Shown one piece after another: positions 1 to 9,950 of a DNA stretch of 64,000 nucleotides. The DNA lies in the NCBI GenBank assembly GCA_963749075.1, contig CAVVLJ010000004.1, positions 96,001 through 160,000 on the forward strand, written 5' to 3'. This DNA comes from an uncultured Pseudomonadota bacterium (GTDB lineage: Bacteria; Pseudomonadota; Alphaproteobacteria; JACZXZ01). A program made the translations under genes and the position numbers. The number at the start of each line of letters is the position of its first letter. Within the stretch, counting starts at the first letter, position 1. A model generated the notes under the pieces. The model saw only the letters and a program-made list of their open reading frames with translations, did no database searches and was not told the DNA's origin.

Positions 1-177
1 TTGCATCATCCCGCCTCGAGGCCGCCGCCAACCCGTGCTGTCGGCGGCGGCGCTTCGCGGCTAATCTTAGGCGAGCATGGTCCCTGCCACCAGAACCGAT
101 TCCGTGACATTTTCGCGCCCGGCGGTGCGAGCGCTCGCGCGCCCGGCTCAGCGAGGCCGTTCGGAGACGGGCTTCGG

Positions 178-486
178 CTATGCGGGCCTGTAGGGGCTGA
201 CTTTGATGTCGCCGTCGCGCTGCCGCATCGCATGGCTGTCGCACCAGGCTTGCATGCTGAGGAGTGTGTCCATGGACACGCCGAAAGCCTTTTCGATCCT
301 GAGCGCCATTTCCGGCGAGAGCGCCGCTCTTTCGTTGACAAGATCGGAGAGCGTCGCACGGCGTACGCCGAGTATCTCCGCGGCGCGCGCAATGGACAAT
401 CCGAGCTCATCGAGGATCTCGATGCGGACGAAAGCCCCGGGATGGGAGGGCTTCATGCCGAGCCTCAGCGGTGCTTTTGCCATCAA
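178..486 (-). CDS. higA: HigA-family addiction module antitoxin (XRE HTH)
   Basis: HPGAFVR...LGLSIARAAEILGVRRATLSDLVNERAALSPEMALRIEKAFG motif; overlaps upstream toxin stop. Confidence 0.92.
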   Translation of the reverse strand: MMAKAPLRLGMKPSHPGAFVRIEILDELGLSIARAAEILGVRRATLSDLVNERAALSPEMALRIEKAFGVSMDTLLSMQAWCDSHAMRQRDGDIKVSPYRPA

Positions 487-767
487 TGGTAGTCCTCCAA
501 ATTTAAATTGCGAACTTCATCCCCTTCGGTATCGAAGGTGATCCGCCAGTTGCCTGAAACCGATATGCTCCAGGTGCCGGCACGATGTCCGGAAAGCCGA
601 TGAATGCGCCATCCAGGAGGTCCCTTCAAGCCGTCCAAGTCGGCGGCGCTGACCAGCGCTGTGAGGACGTTTCGTATCCTCTGAACGAGGTCGCGCCGGA
701 GTCCCCGGTCATCGTCATCTTCAAGGAGGCGCTTGAGGCCTCTGTGCCGTACGCTCACGATCCTCAT
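483..767 (-). CDS. higB: HigB/RelE-family toxin
   Basis: MRIVSVRHRGLK...PGWRIHRLSG...WSISVSGNWRITF...LNLEDYH; ATG at 767 preferred over TTG at 797. Confidence 0.9.
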   Translation of the reverse strand: MRIVSVRHRGLKRLLEDDDDRGLRRDLVQRIRNVLTALVSAADLDGLKGPPGWRIHRLSGHRAGTWSISVSGNWRITFDTEGDEVRNLNLEDYH

Positions 768-775
768 CCGCGAGG

Positions 776-804
776 ATCGTACGGTGTGACCGGACAATCG
801 TCAA
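776..804 (-). promoter_or_regulatory. sigma70-type promoter/operator of higBA
   Basis: TTGACG-N17-TACGAT on minus strand, 8 nt before ATG; imperfect palindrome GTCCGGT-cac-ACCGTAC in the spacer. Confidence 0.65.
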
Positions 805-828
805 GGCTGCGTAGAGGGGAATTCGGGA

Positions 829-1953
829 TTGATCATGCCGCACCCAGCTAAGGACGTCTCCGCGGCATTTTCGCGCCGCGAGGCCGCCAAGCTCGCAGCG
901 AGGCTCCTTGCCTGGTACGACCGGCACCGGCGCCGCCTGCCGTGGCGCGCGGCCGCGGGGGAGTGCGCCGATCCCTACCGCGTGTGGCTCAGCGAGATCA
1001 TGCTGCAGCAGACGACCGTGCAAACGGCAGCGCCCTATTTCACCGCCTTCGCGGCGCGCTGGCCGACCGTCGCCGCCCTTGCCGCGGCCGAGCTCGACGA
1101 AGTGCTGCACGCCTGGCAGGGGCTCGGCTATTACGCGCGCGCGCGCAACCTCCACGAGGCGGCACGGCTGGTGCTGAGCCGCCACGGCGGCCGCTTTCCC
1201 GAGAGCGAGGAGGCGCTGCGCGCATTGCCCGGCGTCGGCCCTTATACGGCGGCGGCGATCTCGGCAATCGCCTTCGGCCGGAAGGCGAGCGCCGTCGACG
1301 GCAACGTCGAGCGCGTGATCGCCCGGCTCTTCGCCGTCGCGGAGCCGCTGCCTGCCGCCAAGCCGCGGCTCAAGGCGCTCGCGGCGACGCTCGTGCCCGA
1401 GGCGCGCGCGGGCGACTATGCCCAGGCGTTGATGGATCTGGGAGCGCTTCTCTGCACGCCGCGGCGGCCGCGCTGCGGCCAATGTCCGTGGCGCCGCGCC
1501 TGTGCCGCCAAGGAGCGCGGCATTGCGCAGGCGCTGCCGCGCCGCACGGCCAAGGCGAAGCGGCCGCTGAGGCGCGGCGTCGCCTTCTGGCTGGTGCGCG
1601 GCGGCGAGGAGGTGCTGTTGCGTCGGCGGGCGAAGGACGGGCTTCTGGGCGGCCTCATGGAGCTGCCCACGACGGCCTGGCAAGAGCGGGCACCGGCCCT
1701 TGCCGCGGCTAAGCGCCAGGCGCCGGCGAGGACGCGCTGGCGCCTGCTGCCGGGCCGCGTGCGCCACGTCTTCACGCATTTCGAGTTGGAGCTTACGGTG
1801 CTGGCGGGAAGCGTCGGAGAGACGACCGAGGAGCCCCGCGGGGTGAACGAGGGGGGGACACCCCGCTGGTGCCGTCTCGACCGTCTCTCCGACTTTGCGC
1901 TGCCCAGCGTGATGAGGAAGGTCGTCGCCCATGCTCTCGCGAATGGGGGGTAG
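829..1953 (+). CDS. mutY: A/G-specific adenine glycosylase MutY
   Basis: PYRVWLSEIMLQQT, WQGLGYYARARNL, HhH LPGVGPYTA, VDGNVERV, Fe-S CxxxxxxCxxCxxxxxC, C-terminal NUDIX-like HVFTHF. Confidence 0.96.
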   Translation: MIMPHPAKDVSAAFSRREAAKLAARLLAWYDRHRRRLPWRAAAGECADPYRVWLSEIMLQQTTVQTAAPYFTAFAARWPTVAALAAAELDEVLHAWQGLGYYARARNLHEAARLVLSRHGGRFPESEEALRALPGVGPYTAAAISAIAFGRKASAVDGNVERVIARLFAVAEPLPAAKPRLKALAATLVPEARAGDYAQALMDLGALLCTPRRPRCGQCPWRRACAAKERGIAQALPRRTAKAKRPLRRGVAFWLVRGGEEVLLRRRAKDGLLGGLMELPTTAWQERAPALAAAKRQAPARTRWRLLPGRVRHVFTHFELELTVLAGSVGETTEEPRGVNEGGTPRWCRLDRLSDFALPSVMRKVVAHALANGG

Positions 1954-2098
1954 CTCGAGCATCGGTCGGCGACTTTGGCCTCGCATGGCCGGCTGCCGCA
2001 TTCAGGGGTGTGCGGGCAGTCCCTCGCCACGCCGGGTCAGTGCATATCCGTTGGCCGTCTCCCTGCTAATCCCGCGACGATGTCGAATGCGCCCAAGG

Positions 2099-2599
2099 TC
2101 AAACGCGCTCATGCCACACGGCGCCGCTCAGGGCATCTACGTTGAGCAGGCACCGCTCGCCGGCGGCTCCGCGCGCGAGCACCTGGTAATGACCGTCACG
2201 GGAGGCGATGGGGCCGAGGCACTGGTAGCCGAGGCGGCCAAGGCGATCTTCCACTTCCTCCCTCTTGAGGTGCGCGAGCCCGTAGCCTCCTTGCGGCACC
2301 GGCTCGCCCGTCGCGGCGTCGACATAGAGTTTTACGCGCCGGCCCCAGCGATCCTGCGCCTGCACCGCGAAGCCGGGACGCAAGGCCTCGACATGGATGA
2401 TGTCGCGGTAGCCGAGCTGGCGCAGCTTGTGGCGCACCAGCCAGGCCGGCAGCGGTGCCCCGCTCTCGGGTGCTGCCTGATACGCCTCGGGCCCGAGCGC
2501 CAGGGCTGCCGCCGACTGGGGCCCCAGGCCGAGAAGCGAGGCGAGCGCCGCGGCGAAGGCGGTGCCGGAGCGGCGGCCGGCTCGGCGGGTGTCGCGCAT
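2099..2599 (-). CDS. Secreted protein with two PepSY-like repeats
   Basis: Signal-peptide-like N-terminus; two repeats (L..LGY...YxV.A....G....L.VDA.(T/S)G); start uncertain (2599 vs 2662). Confidence 0.65.
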   Translation of the reverse strand: MRDTRRAGRRSGTAFAAALASLLGLGPQSAAALALGPEAYQAAPESGAPLPAWLVRHKLRQLGYRDIIHVEALRPGFAVQAQDRWGRRVKLYVDAATGEPVPQGGYGLAHLKREEVEDRLGRLGYQCLGPIASRDGHYQVLARGAAGERCLLNVDALSGAVWHERV

Positions 2600-2693
2600 C
2601 CGCAGGAATCCCCTATCGCGATCCTCGATGTCCCTTCGGGATAACCCGCTGGGATGGCCCATTGGGCGAGGGTGCCAATTTGCCTTATGCTTC

Positions 2694-2731
2694 CTGAACC
2701 GATGCTGAGAGGATCGTTCATCCGCCGTTCA
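2694..2731. promoter_or_regulatory. Paired 11-bp-period direct repeats, candidate response-regulator boxes between divergent PepSY genes
   Basis: CTGAAC/CTGAGA at 2694/2705 and GTTCA/GTTCA at 2716/2727, oppositely oriented. Confidence 0.45.
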
Positions 2732-2755
2732 GCTCTTGGGCGCTATGAAGGCGTC

Positions 2756-3097
2756 ATGCGCGAGCTTGTGGTCGTGGTGCCGACGGCGCTCTTGCTGGTG
2801 TCGGGGGCCGTGGGCATTTCACGTGCCGACGACAGCGACCACGAGCGCGCGCGCGCGGCGCTCGAGGCCGGCGAGGTCCAGCCCCTCAAGGACATCGTGG
2901 GCCGCGTGCAGAGCCGCTGCGGCGGGCGCGTCATCGAGGTCGAGATCGCGGAGCAGAGCCACGGCGGCAGCCACACCTGGCTCTACGAGATGCGCATGCT
3001 GATGCCCAAGGGCAACGTCCTGGGCTTGGACGTGAACGCCGCCACGGCGGAAATTCTCGACGTGAAGGGGAGGGGTGCGGCCAACGCCTGTCAATGA
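2756..3097 (+). CDS. PepSY domain protein
   Basis: Signal peptide, DHERARAALEAGEVQPL...GRVIEVE...YEMRML...VNAATAEIL; first gene of two-component operon. Confidence 0.82.
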   Translation: MRELVVVVPTALLLVSGAVGISRADDSDHERARAALEAGEVQPLKDIVGRVQSRCGGRVIEVEIAEQSHGGSHTWLYEMRMLMPKGNVLGLDVNAATAEILDVKGRGAANACQ

Positions 3098-3100
3098 CCC

Positions 3101-3805
3101 ATGCGCGTTCTAGCCATCGAGGACGAGCCGGATCTCGCGCGCCAGCTCGCTGAGGCCCTGCGCGAGGCGGGCTACGCCGTCGACGTGGCCCGCGACGGCG
3201 AGGAGGGCCATCATCTCGGCGACACCGAGAGCTACGACGCCGTGGTGCTCGACTTGGGCTTGCCGCTCATGGACGGCCTCACCGTGCTCGAGCGCTGGCG
3301 CAGCGCCGGGCGCAACATGCCCGTCCTCATCTTGACCGCGCGCGACCGCTGGAGCGAGAAGGTCGCCGGCTTCGACGCCGGCGCCGACGACTACGTGGCC
3401 AAGCCCTTCCGCATGGAGGAGGTGCTGGCGCGCTTGCGCGCGCTCATCCGACGTGCTGCCGGACACGCGCGCGCCGAGCTCGAATGCGGGCCGCTCCGCC
3501 TCGATACGCGAAGCTCGCGCGTCACCCTCGACGGCGCCCCCGTCAAGCTCACGGCGCAGGAGTACCGCCTCCTCGCCTATCTCCTCCACCACCGCGGCCG
3601 CGTCGTCTCGCGCAGCGAGCTCACCGAGCATCTCTACGAACAGGACTTCGACCGCGACTCCAACACCATCGAGGTCTTCGTCGGGCGTCTCAGGAAGAAG
3701 ATCGGCGCCGAGCTCATCCTGACGGTGCGCGGCCTGGGCTACCAACTCGCCGAACCCGGCGACGGCGCCGAGGCGGCCGTGAAGGGACCGAGGGAGCGCG
3801 CGTGA
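3101..3805 (+). CDS. OmpR/PhoP-family response regulator (FeuP-like)
   Basis: REC domain (EDE, VLDLGLP, DDYVAKPF) plus winged helix (SNTIEVFVGRLRKKI, TVRGLGY). Confidence 0.95.
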   Translation: MRVLAIEDEPDLARQLAEALREAGYAVDVARDGEEGHHLGDTESYDAVVLDLGLPLMDGLTVLERWRSAGRNMPVLILTARDRWSEKVAGFDAGADDYVAKPFRMEEVLARLRALIRRAAGHARAELECGPLRLDTRSSRVTLDGAPVKLTAQEYRLLAYLLHHRGRVVSRSELTEHLYEQDFDRDSNTIEVFVGRLRKKIGAELILTVRGLGYQLAEPGDGAEAAVKGPRERA

Positions 3806-5154
3806 AGATCAACTCGCTCGCCTTCCGCCTGGTGGCAGGTGCTGGCCTGTGGATCGCGGCGGCGCTGGCGGCGGGCGGCCTGCAGCTCTCGAGCATTTTC
3901 GAGGACTCGGCCGAGCGCAGCTTCGACGCCCGCCTCGAGGTCTATCTCGACGGGCTGATCGCGGTGAGCCGCAGCGGTGCCGCGGGCCGCATCGAGCTCG
4001 CGCGCGGGGTGGGGGAGCCGCGCTTCACCGAGCCCTATTCCGGCTGGTACTGGCAGATCTCGGGACCGGATGGCCCCATCCTGCGCTCGCGCTCGCTGTG
4101 GGACATGGCGATCGACGCCCAGGCGACGACCGACGGCGGCTTGAGCACCGGCGAGATCACCGGTCCCGACGGCCGCCGGCTGCGCCTCGCCGAGCGCACC
4201 GTGACGCTGCCGAGCTTCGCCCACCGGCTCAGCTACATGGTGGCCGCCGAGGATTCCGAGATCGACCGCGAGGTCGCGCACTTCAACAAGGTGCTCGCCT
4301 GGTCGCTCGCGGCACTCGGCCTCGGGCTCATCGCGGCGGTGCTCATCCAGGTGCATTTCGGCCTCGTTCCGCTGAAGCGCATGCGCGCCGCCCTCGCCGA
4401 CATCCGCGCCGGCCGCGCCGAGCGCCTCGCGGGCGGCCTGCCGGCCGAGGTGCAGCCGCTCGCCGACGAGCTCAACGCCCTCCTCGAGCACAACGCCAGC
4501 GTGGTTGCGCGCGCGCGCACCCACGTGGGCGACCTCGCGCACGCGCTCAAGACGCCGCTCGCCGTCTTGAGCAACGAGGCGGCGCGCGAGGCGGGGCCGC
4601 ACGCCGAGGCGATCGCGCGCCAGACGGCCGCCATGCGCCGGCAGGTCGACCGCTATCTCTCCCGCGCGCGCACGGCGGCGACGGCCGGCGTGCTCGGCGC
4701 CCGCACGCCCGTGCTGCCGGTCGTAGACGACCTCAAGCGCACGCTCCAGCGCATCCACGCCGAGCGGCCGATCGAGATCGCGGTCGAGGGCGACCGCGAG
4801 GCCGCCTTCCGCGGCGAGCGGCAGGACCTCGAGGAGATGCTCGGCAACCTCATGGACAACGGCTGCAAATGGGCGCGGAGCCGCGTGCGGCTCACGCTCG
4901 CGCAAGCCGGCGGGCGCCTCGCGATCGCGGTCGAGGACGACGGCCCCGGCCTCTCCGCCGAGGAGTGCCGCCAGCTCTTCCGCCGCGGCAAGCGCCTCGA
5001 CGAGGCGGTGCCCGGCAGCGGCCTCGGCCTCGCCATCGTGCGCGACATCGCCGAGCTCTACGGCGGCAGCGTCAGCGTCGATAGGGCGGCGCTCGGCGGC
5101 CTCAGGGTGAGCCTCGAGCTGCCCGCGATCGGGGTGCACGCGGCGGCGGGGTGA
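3802..5154 (+). CDS. Sensor histidine kinase (FeuQ/PhoQ-like)
   Basis: GTG start overlapping RR stop; 2 TM segments, LAHALKTPL H-box, [24 protein letters not shown]. Confidence 0.95.
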   Translation: MKINSLAFRLVAGAGLWIAAALAAGGLQLSSIFEDSAERSFDARLEVYLDGLIAVSRSGAAGRIELARGVGEPRFTEPYSGWYWQISGPDGPILRSRSLWDMAIDAQATTDGGLSTGEITGPDGRRLRLAERTVTLPSFAHRLSYMVAAEDSEIDREVAHFNKVLAWSLAALGLGLIAAVLIQVHFGLVPLKRMRAALADIRAGRAERLAGGLPAEVQPLADELNALLEHNASVVARARTHVGDLAHALKTPLAVLSNEAAREAGPHAEAIARQTAAMRRQVDRYLSRARTAATAGVLGARTPVLPVVDDLKRTLQRIHAERPIEIAVEGDREAAFRGERQDLEEMLGNLMDNGCKWARSRVRLTLAQAGGRLAIAVEDDGPGLSAEECRQLFRRGKRLDEAVPGSGLGLAIVRDIAELYGGSVSVDRAALGGLRVSLELPAIGVHAAAG

Positions 5155-5188
5155 GGGAGCGCGCGGGAGATTGGATCGCGATGGCTTG

Positions 5189-5226
5189 CCCCCTCTCCCG
5201 CGAGCGGGAGAGGGTCGGGGTGAGGG
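5189..5226. repeat. REP-like palindromic element (CCCTCTCCC...GGGAGAGGG family)
   Basis: ccctctcccgcgagcgggagagggtcggggtgaggg; related copies at 44118 and 51774. Confidence 0.7.
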
Positions 5227-5380
5227 ATGGCTCCGGCGGCGTGCGCCGGCAAGCTAAAGTCGAAGTTGATCGCATGTACGGGGCGGCGCGTGGTCAGAAA
5301 CCAACTCTGAGCCCAATTGCTCTTACCGTCGCTTCTGGTGGGGAGCACAGAGGGAATCTTCCGACGGGCCGCCTCCTCGC

Positions 5381-6157
5381 TTAGGTGAGTTTCGTCCATC
5401 GACTGCGTGATGCGTATGCGGTCCAGTCGATCGTGGGCCGCCGCCTCCACTCCCGTGTGAGGAAGTTCACCAAATGGAGGTAAAACTCGAGGAACAAGCT
5501 CGGTGAGTCTTCCTTCAAGAGAACCACCCCCGCCTCTGGGCGGATGATTCCGCGATCCATCACGATCACCCGATCAATGACATCTGGCGCGCAACCGATG
5601 TCTTGCGCCCTATGGAGCACACGCTGGTATTCTTTCTCGGCCCATCCGTCTGCCCCTAGGTTCGAGCTGTAGGCGAAGATGAAGTAAGGGCAGCGATAGC
5701 GGTCTTTCTCGACGCGACCTTCCGTGGGCGCAGCGATAAACCGCTTCTTGAATGGCCGCAGCGACCTCACCTTCATCGCTGCGCCGAGACAAATATCGAG
5801 ATCGGCTTGCGACAGGACCGATTTGACTTCGATCACGGCATATAAGGCTTCAGCGGGGACAATTAGGCTGTCGTTGCCGGTTTGGATTGGTGCGGCCGTC
5901 GAATGATCGTAGATAAAAAGGTCAAGCTCACCGGTGACGTTGTCGCCGTAGTCGCGCGCTTCACCCTTCCCAACCGCGAACACACGCGGCAAATGGAGCG
6001 ACAGAAACTCGGCGAGCGCCGCAGCCCGTTCATTGCCGCGAACACCCTTGTGTTCGAAGTTTGCCGCTTGCTCGGAACTCAGCGCCAGACGCTGTTCCGC
6101 CTGGGTCAGGACCTTGCGGAAAAGTGGGCTTGTGTTGCGTGTAGCGCGCTTCACCAC
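5381..6157 (-). CDS. DUF6602-like protein, putative PD-(D/E)xK nuclease fold
   Basis: G.ERAAAL.EFL..HLP....V..G...D......ELDLFIYD...VPAEALYAVIEVKS pattern; visibly lower GC than flanks. Confidence 0.7.
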   Translation of the reverse strand: MVKRATRNTSPLFRKVLTQAEQRLALSSEQAANFEHKGVRGNERAAALAEFLSLHLPRVFAVGKGEARDYGDNVTGELDLFIYDHSTAAPIQTGNDSLIVPAEALYAVIEVKSVLSQADLDICLGAAMKVRSLRPFKKRFIAAPTEGRVEKDRYRCPYFIFAYSSNLGADGWAEKEYQRVLHRAQDIGCAPDVIDRVIVMDRGIIRPEAGVVLLKEDSPSLFLEFYLHLVNFLTREWRRRPTIDWTAYASRSRWTKLT

Positions 6158-6361
6158 AGGCGAACTCCTTCCGCTGCCGCATGCCTAGCTGTTACCACCA
6201 CTTGCTATACAATCACCCCTGCGTCGATCGCGATGCAGTTCCGCCCGATGGGATAGCTGGCAATGCCGGTCGAGGCAGACCGGCCCGACGTCACGCATGA
6301 GCCACCAGATCACATATTCTGGCGCAAATCCGACCTCTCGCCAATTCGGCCACCATGGCCC

Positions 6362-6390
6362 TTGACGTTCTGGTGACAAATTTGTCACCA
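6362..6390 (+). promoter_or_regulatory. TA promoter with perfect 20-bp operator palindrome
   Basis: TTGACG at 6362, then TGGTGACAAATTTGTCACCA (6371-6390), 7 nt before toxin ATG. Confidence 0.75.
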
Positions 6391-6397
6391 TCTCTCG

Positions 6398-6745
6398 ATG
6401 AGCCGGGACACGCGGCCCATTTCATGGGTCAAGGCAGCGCGGAAGGACTTCGAGGCTTTTCCGGACAGTGCTCGAGATCGCTTGCTCGATGCCTTGACCG
6501 TCGTTGCGGAGGGCGGCACGCCGCGGATCGCGAAGCCGCTCGCCGGCCTCGGCAGCGGCGTCATCGAGCTGGCGCTTCCCCACGGTGGTGAGGCCTACCG
6601 CGTGGTTTATGCCCTCCACCTCGAGGCAAGCATCTGGGTGATCCACGCCTTCCAAAAGAAATCGAAGAAGGGGATCAAGACGCCGGCAACGGAGATCGAC
6701 CTGGTCCGCGAACGCATCAAGCGCCTCAAGGAGTCTTTCATATGA
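6398..6745 (+). CDS. RelE/ParE-family (Gp49-like) toxin
   Basis: KPLAGLGSGVIEL...AYRVVYA...IWVIHAFQKKSKKGIKTP..EIDL. Confidence 0.9.
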   Translation: MSRDTRPISWVKAARKDFEAFPDSARDRLLDALTVVAEGGTPRIAKPLAGLGSGVIELALPHGGEAYRVVYALHLEASIWVIHAFQKKSKKGIKTPATEIDLVRERIKRLKESFI

Positions 6746-7074
6746 GCAAGCGGTCCATCGCCGTCGTGCGCGGCAGCGGCAACGTCTACCGCGACTTCGG
6801 TTACGCCGATGCGGACATCCGCCAGGCCAAGGCCATGATGGCGGCTGAGATCATCAAGATTCTCGACGAGGAGAATCTGTCGACCCGTCAAGCCGAAGCG
6901 AGCACCGGGATCTCGCACAGCGAGTTCGCGCGCATCCGCCGCGTCAATCTGGCGCGCTTCACGATCGACCGCCTCATCGCCATTCTCAACCGCCTTGGGC
7001 GGGAGGTTTCGATCTCGGCAGCCGTGCATCGCAAGAGGGGCGTGAGGACGGCGACGCGCGCCGCGCATCCGTAG
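6742..7074 (+). CDS. XRE-family HTH antitoxin (HTH_37-like)
   Basis: GSGNVYRDFG..DA...KA, RFTIDRLIAIL..LG; ATGA overlap with toxin. Confidence 0.88.
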   Translation: MSKRSIAVVRGSGNVYRDFGYADADIRQAKAMMAAEIIKILDEENLSTRQAEASTGISHSEFARIRRVNLARFTIDRLIAILNRLGREVSISAAVHRKRGVRTATRAAHP

Positions 7075-7176
7075 GCCGTCCGCTGCGATAGGCGTGCGGC
7101 GCCCGTGCGATCCGGAGCACTCCCGTGATATGTTCGCGCCCATCTTGGGGCGCTCACATCGGGAGAGGCGGGAGGA

Positions 7177-8040
7177 ATGACGAGATCGGCTCATCGGGCG
7201 GCGCCGTCCGACGCGGCGGCGCGGCGGAGGGCGAAGGCGGTCGTGGTCTACTCGGTCGAGCATCTGCCGCCGTTCGACGCCGCCTTCTACGAGCGCGCGC
7301 GCTCGGCACTGACGAAGGTCTCCGAGCTAGCGGTTCCGCCGCGCGAGGCGAGGGCGTTCAGCGTGCCGGCCGGGCATTTCTTCCGCGTCATGAGCGTCGA
7401 GGGCCCCCAGGTCGGCGACCTCAACCTGTGGAACGCGCACGACCTCTCGGAGCGTTTCTTCAGCGGCAAGACGCGGGCGCTCCATGCGACGCACCTTTCG
7501 ACCGGCGACCGGCTGTGGAGCACCTTGCCACACTTGCGTCCGATGGCCACCATCACCCGGGATACGCTCGACTGGTACGGCTGGGACGAGGACGGCGGCG
7601 GCGTCCACGACGTGATCGGCACGCGCTGCGATCCCTACACCAATCTCCTCCTGAAGGGGACGGAGTACCATCACTGCTGCCACTCGAACCTGACGCGCGC
7701 CCTTGCGGCAGAGCGCCACATGCCGCTTGCCGAGGCCGAGCGCCACGTGCACGACGTGATGAACGTCTTCATGTGCACCGGCTACACGCGCGACACGCAC
7801 CAGTATTTCATGAAGGCGAGCCCGGTGCGGCCCGGCGATTTCATCGAGCTCTTCGCCGAAATCGATCTCCTCTGCGCCCTCTCCGCCTGTCCCGGCGGCG
7901 ATTGCGGCGCGAGCCACTCCGACGACGCCGCCAAGTGCTACCCGCTCAAGGTCGAGATCTACCGCGCGAAGGAGGACGCCCTCGCAGGCTGGCGCTCGCC
8001 GCCCGCTAACGCCTATTCGCGGACTCACGGGATCGTCTGA
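7177..8040 (+). CDS. Urea carboxylase-associated family protein (DUF1989/YcgI-like)
   Basis: EGPQVGDLNLWN, HDVIGTRCDPY, CCHSNL, HDVMNVFMCTG, ALSACPGGDC. Confidence 0.88.
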   Translation: MTRSAHRAAPSDAAARRRAKAVVVYSVEHLPPFDAAFYERARSALTKVSELAVPPREARAFSVPAGHFFRVMSVEGPQVGDLNLWNAHDLSERFFSGKTRALHATHLSTGDRLWSTLPHLRPMATITRDTLDWYGWDEDGGGVHDVIGTRCDPYTNLLLKGTEYHHCCHSNLTRALAAERHMPLAEAERHVHDVMNVFMCTGYTRDTHQYFMKASPVRPGDFIELFAEIDLLCALSACPGGDCGASHSDDAAKCYPLKVEIYRAKEDALAGWRSPPANAYSRTHGIV

Positions 8041-8052
8041 AGCCGCCCGTCC

Positions 8053-9186
<1,134 letters not shown>

Positions 9187-9286
9187 TCACGCTTTCAAGC
9201 CGCCTCGGCCATGCCCTGGCCGTTGCCCGCGGCTGCCCGGCCCCACTCTGAGTCAAGCGGCCCGTCGGGTCAATAACTTTGTCGAG

Positions 9287-9931
9287 TCAAAGACTTAAGC
9301 TGCCCTGGACGGCGCGCACCGGGGCGAAGCTGCGGCGGTGGTGCGGCGTGGCGCCGAAGCGCCACAAGGCCTCGCGGTGCTCCTCGGTGCCGTACCCCAT
9401 ATTGTGTGACCAGCCGAAATCGGGATGGCGCAGTGCCAAGCGCCGCATGAGGCGGTCGCGCGTCACCTTGGCGAGCACCGAGGCGGCGGCGATCGAGAGG
9501 CTCAGGCCGTCGCCGCCGACGAGGGTCTCGACGCGGCAGGGGAGGGCGGGCGTGCGGTTGCCGTCGACGAGGGCGGCATCGGGGAGCACGCCGAGTGCGG
9601 CGAGCGCCCGCGCCATGGCGAGGTGCGTGGCGGCGAGGATGTTGAGGCGGTCGATCTCGGCGACGCTCGCCGCCGCGATGGCGAAGCGCAAGCGGCCGTG
9701 CCGGGCGCAATCCGCGAGTGCCGCGAAGAAGACCTCGCGGCGCTCGGGCGTGAGGCGCTTCGAATCGTCGAGCCCGTCGAGCCGCCCGAGCGCCAGGCGC
9801 TCGCGCGAGCGCCGGTCGTGGCCGAGGATCACCGCGGCGGCGACGACGGGTCCCGCCCACGGCCCGCGGCCCGCCTCGTCGAGGCCGGCGACGAGCCCGC
9901 CCAGCCTCAGCTCGTGCGAGAGGTCGGGCAC
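9287..9931 (-). CDS. rnhB: Ribonuclease HII
   Basis: [47 protein letters not shown]. Confidence 0.96.
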   Translation of the reverse strand: MPDLSHELRLGGLVAGLDEAGRGPWAGPVVAAAVILGHDRRSRERLALGRLDGLDDSKRLTPERREVFFAALADCARHGRLRFAIAAASVAEIDRLNILAATHLAMARALAALGVLPDAALVDGNRTPALPCRVETLVGGDGLSLSIAAASVLAKVTRDRLMRRLALRHPDFGWSHNMGYGTEEHREALWRFGATPHHRRSFAPVRAVQGSLSL

Positions 9932-9950
9932 CGCCGGTACCGCCCGGCGC

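Noticed and set aside
1-177. Gene at the left window edge
   Set aside because: Only a possible minus-strand start (ATGATG at 9-4) is visible, which is too little to call.
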